NCBI GenBank assembly: GCA_002269645.1
Contig: NIVC01002686.1
Coordinates: 62,001 to 126,000 of the forward strand
Length of the DNA stretch: 64,000 nucleotides
DNA from: Macrostomum lignano
Taxonomy: Eukaryota
Direction of reading: 5' to 3'
Positions 23,512 through 33,510 of this stretch are shown here, piece by piece (the first letter of the stretch is position 1; each line of letters opens with the position of its first letter). Both the position numbers and the translations under genes were made by a program. The notes below the pieces were generated by a model, which ran no database searches, was not told the DNA's origin, and was given only the letters and a program-made list of their open reading frames with translations.

Positions 23512-24329
23512 ATGAATCAGAATCAGGCTAATGACGCCATCGCCATGCTGGCAGAAGAATTGCGAAACCGACTAGAGATAGGGCCGATGAGACACGTTAA
23601 GATTCAGAAATTCACACCTACGCAAGACATTCGGATCTGGCTAACAGCCTTCGATCAGCGCTGTGAAGTAGAAGGGATAGATGAGGAACATAGGAAGCAG
23701 GAATTGCTAGCTAATCTGGACCTGTCCACTGCATTCGCAGCGGTACAGCGCCTAAATCTGCCCGAGGATCTCGAATACGAAGAGTTCAAAGAGCGACTGA
23801 TTGAGCGATTCGGAAGAATCGGTAGTTCCGCAGAATTCAGAGAGGAGTTTCGTGGAAGAATGCAAGGCAGAAATGAGCCTGTAGAGACTTTCGCAGACTG
23901 TTTGATCGAGCTGGCATCGCGTGCATTTCCAAATATGACGGTTGAGCAAAGGGAAGAAGAAATTGTTGAGCAATTCATCAAGGGAATCAGAATTCCGTCA
24001 GAGACCCGTGAGAAGCTAATCTTTGCGCAGCCAGGCAATTTGCAAGAGGCTAGAAGAATGCTAAGAAGGATGGAGGCTGCGTGGAACATGTCTCACAAGA
24101 ATGTCAACATGAGAATGGCCAAAGGCGAAGGTGAGAGTGAGCAGAAGGCAGAGCAGGAGAAGCTTGAGGACATAATCAAGAAGCAGAGAGCAGAGCTAGA
24201 GCAACAGAAGAAGGCGATTGACGAGTTGATGGAAGAGAAAAGAGCCAGCCGTCAGCAGTACCATCCGCAGAACCAATATCAAACCTATGCTCAGATCGCC
24301 GGACCGCCGCAGCAGCCGAGATATCGGCC

Positions 24330-24362
<33 letters not shown>

Positions 24363-24525
24363 AGTGTGGCGCGGTCAGCCTCAATTCAACAGGCAGCCAC
24401 AGCAACAACAGCAGCCTCGAGCCTGCTACAATTGCGGGAAGCTTGGCCACATGGCGAGGAATTGCCAGAGCGCTAGGCCAAACGGTCAGCGAGTGATGAA
24501 CTACCAGAAGCAGCAGGGAAACTGA
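23512..24525 (+). CDS. Gag (337 aa)
   Basis: Capsid-like helical region, Gln-rich tract, CCHC knuckle CYNCGKLGHMARNC. Confidence 0.93.
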
Positions 24526-24570
24526 GTAGCGAGGGCCGCTTTGCGAGGCCACGTCCCTCTAGCAACAGTT
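24516..24570 (+). promoter_or_regulatory. -1 ribosomal frameshift signal
   Basis: Slippery heptamer G_GGA_AAC directly before the gag TGA; the -1 frame is open to pol; downstream GAGGG...CCCTC stem. Confidence 0.8.
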
Positions 24571-27500
24571 ATCGCGAATTTCAGGCCTCTGAATTTGTAA
24601 ATAATGCGTATCGAAGTAATGCCAGACAGTATAGTAACAGCAGAACGCATGCCGAATTCAATAAATTTCACAGAAAACCAAATAAAAATTTTGCACCTCG
24701 TGTACATACGCCGCTTGCACCTAGTCATGCGTCTGCCAGCTACAGTAGGCCGAATAATAAAGTACAAAGTACAGTAATTCCGAATGAGCATTCGAAGAGA
24801 GAATTCGAAGAAGATACGGAGAGAAAAGGACGAGAAGCAGTCGTCAATGGAATGCTAAGAAACCGAAAGGTCTACTTCCTGTTAGACACAGGAGCTGGAC
24901 ATAATTTCCTAAGCAAGAGTACGTGGAAAAAGATGTTCAGAAGTGATGAAATTGAGTTGACTACTCGAAGAGTGACTACGTTTGACGGATCAAGTGTGCG
25001 AATTGAAGGAGAAGTCAGAACGAAAATACGATTCGGAGAGATAGAGATTGAGACAGAGTTCCTGCTGTGCAATCACGAGTGTGACGACATACTCGGGATG
25101 GAGTTCTTCATGAACTTCTGCGACAGCATCAGCCTTTCCAGAGGAATGCTTGTATTAAAAGAAGGGACCTGCATCCCGATTCAGTTTACAAAATTACCCG
25201 TACGGGTCTGCCGAATCTACAGCCATAACAGCGTGACTATACCAGCGAATAGCGCTCTTCGAATTCCAGTTAGAATGACTAAAGGATCAGAAGCCAACTA
25301 TGGAACGCCAATGGTCGTTGACACCATTGGAGGCCAAGTGACTACGAAGAGGAATTCCTTAGAGATGATTCCTACTCTAGTGACCATGAACGATGGAACA
25401 GGAGTAGTGGAAATAATCAATCGACAGAATGACGATATCAGACTGACAAGATCTACGCTGATTGGAGTGGCCAAACCCTTGAAGCCAGGAGGCCTGGCCT
25501 ACTCTATTAACAGCAAAGGTCAAGCCAGTTCAGATGATGCAATTAGGACAGTGAAGAGTGAAGAGAGTGAGTACAGCTGGATAAGCGAGATAGACTTAGG
25601 AGAAGAGCTAACATCAGAACAGAAAGGACTAGTGATCGATTTGCTAAAAAAGAACAAAGAAGCATTTTCGCAGACCAACCAAGACATGGGTCTCACCCAT
25701 CTTGTGACGCATGAAATATCTCTAAAAGATACTACACCGGTCAGGATTCCAACACGCAGAATTCCACCACATCTGCAAAAGCAAGTAGATGAGCAACTTG
25801 ACGACATGCTTGCTAAGAACTTGATCCGACCGTGCTATAGTACTTATTCGACGCCGCTAGTGATAGTTCCTAAGAAGGATGGATCCATAAGAATCGTCAG
25901 TGACTTCAGGGTCCTGAACTCGAGAGTGAACTATTACCCATATCCATTGCCGAACATACAAGAGACTTTCGCTCAGTTATCTGGAAGCAAGTACTTCAGT
26001 AGTCTAGATTTAAACTCTGGATACTGGCAGGTACCTATCAAAGAGGAGCACAAATTTATGACAGCCTTTTCCACCCTTACCAGAGGCCAGTTCGAATATC
26101 AGGTCATGGCACAGGGCTTGTCTAACGCTCCTGGTACATTCCAGAGACTCATGAATTTGGTGCTGATGGGAATACAGCACAAATTCGCAATGTCGTACAT
26201 AGATGATATTGTGACATACTCAGAGAAATTCGAAGATCATCTCGGTCATCTGCAAGAAGTATTTCAAAGACTAATCTCAGCAGGGCTAAAGTTAAGACCA
26301 AAAAAGTGCAACTTGTTTCAGAAAGAGCTAAAGTACTTAGGGCATATCGTAGGAAGAGAAGGGATTAGAACAGACCCAGCTAAGATCGAAGCGATACAGT
26401 CATGGCCTACGCCGAAAGAGGTCAAAGAACTGCGAAGCTTCTTGGGGTTGTGTAACTACTACTGCAGATTTGTAAAGAATTACGCAGAGGCAGCGCATCC
26501 GCTATTTCAATTAACTAAGAAAGGTATTCAAAACTTTAGGGAAAAGTGGACTAAGAAGCATGATGAGGCTTTCCAGCAGTTGAAGCAGAGAATGACATCG
26601 ACCGAAGTACTTGCGTACCCAGAGTTCTCAGAGAACGAAAATGTTCGAATGGTGTTAGATACCGACGCAAGCGAAGACCGAATTGGTGCTTGCCTGGGTC
26701 AAATACAGTCGGACGGGGTTGAGAGACCCATTGCTTACTTCAGCAGAGCAATGAAAGAGTCTGAGAAAAGATATCCGATTACCAGAAAAGAGCTATTAGC
26801 GCTAGTAGATGGCATGAAACACTTTCGATTTTACCTGATCGGCAAAAGGTTTCTGGCCCGCACAGACCACAAGGCAATTCTATGGTTATTGCGCCAGACC
26901 GAAGCCCAAGGAATTCTTGGAAGGTGGATTGAAAGACTGAGTGAGTTTCAATACGATATTGAGCACCGCAGTGGAGCCAAACATTCCAACGCAGATGGAT
27001 TGTCACGGCGACCCTCGGAACCACCAGTTGAACAGAAAGATGCTAAGATCAAAGAGAATGAGGCTGAAATTCCTAAGATGACAATAGAAACCAGCGCTGT
27101 GAAACAAGTCGTGACTAGCAGCGTGAAAGATCAGAGTTGCCAGACCGACTTCACAGAAGAGTACGAACCAGATTCCGAAGACGAATTCGCAGATGATGAA
27201 TACGAAGATGCCAGTGATCAGTTCGAAGATGATGATGACATCTATGAAGATGCAAGAGACTATTTCGAAGAGGAAGAGACAGTGTGCAGAAAGCTTCTGA
27301 CAGATTACCTCTCGGTTCCATTGAAGAAAGAGCAGCTGACTTCAGCGCAGCATGCTGATCCTTCTATAAGGACCTTGATGGACTGGAAGCAGAAGAAAGT
27401 ACGTGAGCCGAAGTTACCAGAAAATGCATCCGGAGAGTTGAAGAAGATGGTTAAGTTCTACGAGCAGATGAAAATCGAAGATGAAATGCTGACAGTCAGT

Positions 27501-29021
27501 GAAAACGGTAAACGAAAAGTAGTATTGCCAGAGAAGATTGAGAAAGATGTTTTCAAAGAGCTGCACGATAGTCCGCTAGCAGGCCACCTAGGTCGGGACA
27601 AGACGCTACAGCGAGTCCGAGACCGATTCTGGAGGCCAGGGTTAGTGACTGCAGTTGAAAAGTACATCGCAGAATGCATCCCGTGTCTGGAAAGTAAAAG
27701 CGGAAATAAAGTACGAGCACCGGTGCAGACCTTTCCGATATGTGAGCCATTCCATCGGCTGCACATAGATTTGATCGGTCCAATATCAAAGGAAAGCAGA
27801 AGAGGACACCGTTATGTACTTACTGTCGTAGATAGTACAACAAAGTTCCCATTCGCTTTCCCGGTTCGGAATCAGAAATCCGCTACTGTTATCAAAACTA
27901 TTCAAGAGAGAATTTTTAGTGAGTATGGCCAGTGCCAATGGATACACACTGATAATGGCAAGACTTTCGTAAGTCACCAATTTCAGGCATTCTGTACCCT
28001 ATATGGCATTAAGCATACTTGCACTACGCCTTACCATGCTCAGAGTAACGGGCTTGTCGAAAGATTTAACAAGCAAATTAAATCGATTGTAACCTGTTTG
28101 ATTGAAAAGGATCATTCAGATTGGGATCTGCTCATACCCGCCGCTTTGGTAGCTGTGCGAACCAGTGTTAATCAAACTACTGGGTTCACACCACACTACT
28201 TACTATTCGGGAGAGAAGCAGATTTGCCAATAGATAGCATTGTGAAAAGGCCAAGACTATACCGAGACTATCCTAGCTATGTGCTGGATCATGCGAAGAG
28301 AATCGAAGAGACAAAAGCAATTGTGCGAAGACAACTCGAAAAGGTACGAGAGAAAAGGCAAGAGGACGAAGTTGAGAATCGTCAGCCTAAAAATGTGCCA
28401 GTTGGCTGTCTCGCTCTCATCAATAACCCTCAACTTCACCAAGAGGAGAGCCACAAGTTTCATCGAAAGAAAAGAGCAGCCTATCGAGTACTTGCGAAGA
28501 TATCAGACACAGTGTTCCGTGTGCAAAGAGAAATCAATGGCGAAAGGAGCGGAGAAAAACTATTAGTACATAGAAATAATCTGACTCCAGTGCCGAAATC
28601 CGAAATTAATTTATCCGAAGAGATTATTAATAATTTAGAACCAGCAATAGTACAAACTAAAAAGAAGGAGCAGCCAAAGAAAAGAATTTGCCATAGACGA
28701 AAAGAAGTTAGAATCCCAGAAGTTCAAATTTTAGAGGAGGAAAGCTCAGACGAAGAAGACAGAATTCAATGGAGAGTGTTCGCAGATCATAATTCGCAGA
28801 GTGAAAACGAAGGAAATGAAGAACTGAACAGTGAAAATACAGAGAGAGCGACTGACTCAGATGAGCCATCAGAAGAGGAAGGAGCAATAGAGTTAGGGGA
28901 GGAAGCTCAGCCAGTAGAAAGGTATAATCTGAGACCACGAGGCGATAGAGTGACTCAGCAAGGAGAAGGTGTGAACGGATTCGTGCCCCGAAGGCGCTAC
29001 GCGCGATATTTGGAACAATAG
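24522..29021 (+). CDS. Pol (PR-RT-RNaseH-INT); first ATG at 24852
   Basis: LLDTGA protease; YIDD RT; LDTDAS RNase H; HDSPLAGH..CIPC, HIDLIG, TDNGKTF, NGLVER integrase. Confidence 0.96.
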   Translation: MSSEGRFARPRPSSNSYREFQASEFVNNAYRSNARQYSNSRTHAEFNKFHRKPNKNFAPRVHTPLAPSHASASYSRPNNKVQSTVIPNEHSKREFEEDTERKGREAVVNGMLRNRKVYFLLDTGAGHNFLSKSTWKKMFRSDEIELTTRRVTTFDGSSVRIEGEVRTKIRFGEIEIETEFLLCNHECDDILGMEFFMNFCDSISLSRGMLVLKEGTCIPIQFTKLPVRVCRIYSHNSVTIPANSALRIPVRMTKGSEANYGTPMVVDTIGGQVTTKRNSLEMIPTLVTMNDGTGVVEIINRQNDDIRLTRSTLIGVAKPLKPGGLAYSINSKGQASSDDAIRTVKSEESEYSWISEIDLGEELTSEQKGLVIDLLKKNKEAFSQTNQDMGLTHLVTHEISLKDTTPVRIPTRRIPPHLQKQVDEQLDDMLAKNLIRPCYSTYSTPLVIVPKKDGSIRIVSDFRVLNSRVNYYPYPLPNIQETFAQLSGSKYFSSLDLNSGYWQVPIKEEHKFMTAFSTLTRGQFEYQVMAQGLSNAPGTFQRLMNLVLMGIQHKFAMSYIDDIVTYSEKFEDHLGHLQEVFQRLISAGLKLRPKKCNLFQKELKYLGHIVGREGIRTDPAKIEAIQSWPTPKEVKELRSFLGLCNYYCRFVKNYAEAAHPLFQLTKKGIQNFREKWTKKHDEAFQQLKQRMTSTEVLAYPEFSENENVRMVLDTDASEDRIGACLGQIQSDGVERPIAYFSRAMKESEKRYPITRKELLALVDGMKHFRFYLIGKRFLARTDHKAILWLLRQTEAQGILGRWIERLSEFQYDIEHRSGAKHSNADGLSRRPSEPPVEQKDAKIKENEAEIPKMTIETSAVKQVVTSSVKDQSCQTDFTEEYEPDSEDEFADDEYEDASDQFEDDDDIYEDARDYFEEEETVCRKLLTDYLSVPLKKEQLTSAQHADPSIRTLMDWKQKKVREPKLPENASGELKKMVKFYEQMKIEDEMLTVSENGKRKVVLPEKIEKDVFKELHDSPLAGHLGRDKTLQRVRDRFWRPGLVTAVEKYIAECIPCLESKSGNKVRAPVQTFPICEPFHRLHIDLIGPISKESRRGHRYVLTVVDSTTKFPFAFPVRNQKSATVIKTIQERIFSEYGQCQWIHTDNGKTFVSHQFQAFCTLYGIKHTCTTPYHAQSNGLVERFNKQIKSIVTCLIEKDHSDWDLLIPAALVAVRTSVNQTTGFTPHYLLFGREADLPIDSIVKRPRLYRDYPSYVLDHAKRIEETKAIVRRQLEKVREKRQEDEVENRQPKNVPVGCLALINNPQLHQEESHKFHRKKRAAYRVLAKISDTVFRVQREINGERSGEKLLVHRNNLTPVPKSEINLSEEIINNLEPAIVQTKKKEQPKKRICHRRKEVRIPEVQILEEESSDEEDRIQWRVFADHNSQSENEGNEELNSENTERATDSDEPSEEEGAIELGEEAQPVERYNLRPRGDRVTQQGEGVNGFVPRRRYARYLEQ

Positions 29022-29434
29022 GGTGATGACGTCAGCGAATTGCCATTGAAACCAGTGTAAATTAGTTAAAATTTCATATTAATAATTGTTATTTGCCTAT
29101 AAAAATTGACATGTTGTACATACAACAAATCTGAAAACACCATAGTATTCTGCTAAATGTAAGCTTTCATATGACATATTACTCAAGAAAAAATCTCGAA
29201 AAATAAAAAAGTTATAAAAATCTAAAGAAAATCCATAAAAAATCTGAGTGTCAAATCTGCCAACCCAAGCACCCCCCACTCGAGGCCCGCGTGGAACACA
29301 ATGATGCGGTCCAGCTTTTCGGCCGCCAGCCTATAAATGCAAAACCCCCTGACCGCTAGCAGGCCCCCATATTTCACACATCCGAAGAGCGATTCGAAGA
29401 TTAAATACTAAGAGCTGTGCAGAGTAATTCGAAG

Positions 29435-30274
29435 ATGGACAACAACGACGATATTGACAAATTCCTGCAAGACCTTTTGGAAGATGGCAATCCAAGCGAA
29501 GAACAAGAGCGAGAGCGCGAAGAGCGAGAGCGCGAAGAGCGAGAGCGTGAAGAGCGAGAGCGCGAGCAGCGAGAGCGTGACCGAGAGCGACGAGCCCGAG
29601 AGCAGCAGGAGAACGAGGCTCCCCTCAGGCAGCCAACGCGCCCAAGGCCCCCAGGCGGGGATTCCGCCACCAAGCGATCGAGCGCTTCATCATTTGCTGC
29701 CGCCTCGAGTCAGTCCAACGAACCAGAGAGGAAGCGGGCTGCCCTGCTAGAACGACAAGCGGCCGCGCCAATCCGTTCTTGTGTCATGAAAGCGGATAGC
29801 GCTGGCGGCCGATCGATACAGCTTGCCGTCCCAGTTGAAGCGCCGTCTCGTGGGCGCAGACAATCGAATGCTCGCCAATCTCGCCCAGGTACGCCACCAG
29901 CGCGCCCGCCGCCGCAGGAAGACTCGCAGGATCATCGCGCCATTGTTCGCCAGCTCATCGAGACCAGAGGCGCCGAGGTCGAACGCCCGCGGCACAGCCT
30001 CCAACAGTACCTTCTGAGAATCGCCTTTCTGCGTCTAGACGAGGCTCTGCCGCAGCGGTCGCAGATTTGGCCTCACCTGCGCACTCTGCGTGAGCACTTT
30101 AACCATCGCGAGGCTGTGGCTGTGCTGCAGGAGATCGCCGAACGTCTCCAGCGCACATTGCAAGCGGATGCCCGGCCGGCGCAGCGGCAGCTGGTCAATA
30201 TCGAGCTGCGATGGTGCTTCTCGCAGCTCGGATGGCCATTCTATCGAGACCTGCCCCGGTATTGCGACTTTTGA
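29435..30274 (+). CDS. Accessory ORF3 of unknown function (279 aa from the ATG)
   Basis: Uninterrupted GC-rich ORF between pol and the 3' LTR; acidic N-terminus, RE-rich tract, helical-looking C-terminal domain; no signal peptide or TM segment visible. Confidence 0.75.
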   Translation: MDNNDDIDKFLQDLLEDGNPSEEQEREREEREREEREREEREREQRERDRERRAREQQENEAPLRQPTRPRPPGGDSATKRSSASSFAAASSQSNEPERKRAALLERQAAAPIRSCVMKADSAGGRSIQLAVPVEAPSRGRRQSNARQSRPGTPPARPPPQEDSQDHRAIVRQLIETRGAEVERPRHSLQQYLLRIAFLRLDEALPQRSQIWPHLRTLREHFNHREAVAVLQEIAERLQRTLQADARPAQRQLVNIELRWCFSQLGWPFYRDLPRYCDF

Positions 30275-30646
30275 ACTTTTGACACTTTGACATTTAATAT
30301 TTCTGCTATGCCTAGTTTCTTTAAACTTTACTATGCTTATTTTCTTTAAATTTTACTATGTCTATTGTCTTTAAAACCTTACTATGCCTATTTTTCTTTG
30401 ATATGCCTACTTTTGTGGACAATTAACAGTCTATTTCTATTGTGTGTTGCTCACCTATGCACTGCATTTCGTTCTTTAGCACCCAAAGCACCTATATTGA
30501 CTATCTGATTTAGCAGTTGTACTATGTTTTATGTTTTCTTTAATAGCATTTGTACTAAATATGTTTTATTTTCAGCTTCCAATTTTTATGTTAAATGTAC
30601 TCATAAATTTTTCACTGTAGCATTGCTTTCATTCAAAATTCATGAT

Positions 30647-30659
30647 AAGAGGAGGAAAG
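30647..30659 (+). other. Polypurine tract
   Basis: AAGAGGAGGAAAG just before the 3' LTR. Confidence 0.85.
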
Positions 30660-30660
30660 T

Positions 30661-31390
30661 TGTAGAAGCGGTTACTGTTTTCTAGGAAATCTTATTTCTA
30701 AAATCACGCGAAAACTATGTTTTGTTTTAACTTGCAAAATATTCTTAATATTCTACGTTTGTTATAAATATACGCAGTTGAGATAGTATAAATAGGAGCG
30801 AAGTTGGAGGTAGGAAAATTAACACTCGTTCGATAGCTATAAGCTCAAAACGTTGTTCAATACTTATTCTCAGATCATTGCTTATTTTTAAGAGGTATTG
30901 AGAGTTGGGAATCAGGGATTCATGCAAAGAGAGTACTAAGAGTGATCGCTGTGACCCTCTAATCTCGGTAACGCCCAGACTGGAGAGAGAAAGTACATAT
31001 ACCAGTAAGACCGCTCAGGCCATATACTAAGAACGCTACCAGACTAATATACTAAGAACGCTACCAGACTAATATACTAAGAACGCTACCAGACTAATAT
31101 ACTAAGAACGCTACCAGACTAATATACTAAGAACGCTACCAGATTAATACATAAGACGCTACCAGTATATTTAAATGACATTCTAAGAAACAGTTAGAGA
31201 TACCAAAGGCAGAATTTAGTATCAGCAGAGAAAATTGAAAACCTGTAACAACTTGGTGGCAGCTTGTAGGATATTTAATAAACACTAGCATCAATAGTTA
31301 GAAATTTAGAAAGACAGAGCCAGAAGGCCTATCACAGTTAGTGTCAGCAGTGGGATTGTTCACAAAGACAGGGGAATAACACCTGTCACA
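30661..31390 (+). repeat. 3' LTR (730 bp)
   Basis: Direct repeat of the 5' LTR, followed by the GTAT TSD. Confidence 0.96.
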
Positions 31391-33510
31391 GTATTAAGCA
31401 AAAATATACTTACATAAAATTTAAAAGCTACACAATTGCAGTTGTAAATGATTATCCAAATAGAATAATCAGTGGCTTATTTTAAAAATCAAGCAAGAAC
31501 TAACTTACATTTTTATACTCATTGGTAGACTGTTGCACTTGTCTTGATTGCCAAACCAAGGGATATGACCTAAGTGCAAGCAGCTAAGTAGAAAGCTGCA
31601 GATGATAAGTTTGCTAGCTCGATATTTGGCCCAGTTGCATTTTATATACTCCTGCAGTTGCTGGTAATGCAACTTGCATTGACACTTTGGGCTCCTTGCT
31701 CATGCACTAAGGAGATATAAACTAGCACAAGCTAAGCTTCCTTGTATAGCAACTCTATCAGTGGTTACAGAGTCAGCTGGGTATGCTCCACCTGCTGCTT
31801 TAGTTGCTGGTGCTAGCCTTCGCACTCATTATTAGTTCAAACTTCAAATTGACTGGGCAAACATGCCTTTTTCTTGGACACTATGCACTGGGCTATTTAG
31901 CTATGTGCTAGTGATGTACTCAGCAAAGGTTGAATAGTTCTGGAGGCTAAACACTAGTGATAACCTTGGTAAGCCCATCAGCCATGTGTTCGCCTGGTAG
32001 ATAAGGCAGTGCCATCAGCAAGTGGCAGAATTCTCATATGCCAGGATCCTTGAGATAGGCTTGCTGGAGGCCCATATGCTATATATGGCAAGTTTGCACC
32101 CATAGAATAAAATTACAATGAACATTTGCATATATATAGTGAGCATTTAGATTCCAATTATAGCAACAAGCTGAATCTCTAAGCTCAAATCCTATATTTT
32201 ACAGACTATTGATTGAGTAACAATTTATATTTAAAACAAAAACAATCAAATAACAATTTATAGCTTTGCAAAGTGTCCTCAAAATTAGGTCACTTTATCA
32301 TCTAGATTTTTAACAATTTTTTGGTATGACAAAGCATCCAAAAACCATGGTCACTTTATCATCTAGATGAGGAAGTGGTAAGATGACAAAGTGTCTAGGA
32401 ATATCTCAGACAATGATATAGAAATTGAGAAAAAAACTAGAATCAAACTTTTTCTATATAAAGAAAAGGGGGCTCTACTCTTGGACTTAGGAATTTGAGG
32501 GAACCATTTAAAATGTAAGAATAATTATGCTATTGAATAATATTGAGGATTGCAATGCCCTCCCAAATCAAAATCAATGGGGTAGCTACCTTTGCTGCCT
32601 CCTATTCCATGGTTCCTAGCCTTGTCTTTGAAATAGCATATAGTCATATATGCTATTTAGCTATCTTCTGTTTTCTAAATTTGTTCATTAGCTCTGATAT
32701 GTATATGTATCTTAATGTATATATAACCTTGCATGAAAGTTTGATATATAATAAAAAATTAAGAACCAAAGCATTCTAAGAATCAAAAGTTTATATATAT
32801 ATATCTTTATATAAACTTGAACTGCAGTTAATTTCTTTAGGATATAGATAGCAGCATATATATATGAATAGCAAATATTTTTTTCTTAAATTAATATGAT
32901 CATTATGTAAATATCGTATTAGATTTATTATTAGATACAATAAAAAAACTAACTGCAATTCAAGTTTATACAATATATACTGCTAGATCTATGCTTTTTT
33001 CTTGAGACTAGTATATTTAAAGTTGGCATAAGGGCCTATGTCCTTGCAGTGGGAATTTCTTTTATAATATATTGTATTAGCATAAAAAAGGAACTTGTTA
33101 ACCTTTACGCGACAAACCAAAATTTGCGTCACACCCTTTGCCGACGGCTGGCTGGCACGATTTCGTGCCAAGTGCATGAGTGTCAGAATTTCTACCCCCC
33201 GTTCCAGATGGCAGCTAGCTTCACAAGTACACCCGTATGTAGCAAAGCCGCTAAACCAAAAGATAATTTGTCTATGGCTGGGGACCAAATGCTATGACTG
33301 CATGTCTTTCATTCATGAGAAAACCTTACAGGGAAATATGGAAAGGGCACTATTTTCGGCCACAGATTTTTATTGAAATCACTGTCGTGCTCATAATAGT
33401 TCTGCCAAGGACCTACTTCAGAAATACAGAAACAGTCTTATTATAAAATTGGATATTTTTATCCTCTGTCTACCCAAAGCACCAAGCATTTCGCTCCTGA
33501 GAATCATTAC

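Larger units (their letters stand above)
22681..31390 (+). mobile_element. Full-length Ty3/Gypsy LTR retrotransposon with an extra ORF
   Basis: 730-bp LTRs with no difference seen by eye (TGTAG...TCACA); 4-bp TSD GTAT (22677-22680 and 31391-31394); PBS, PPT, intact gag and pol. Confidence 0.97.

Noticed and set aside
29435-30274. ORF3 as an envelope gene
   Set aside because: No signal peptide, no fusion-peptide region and no transmembrane helix.
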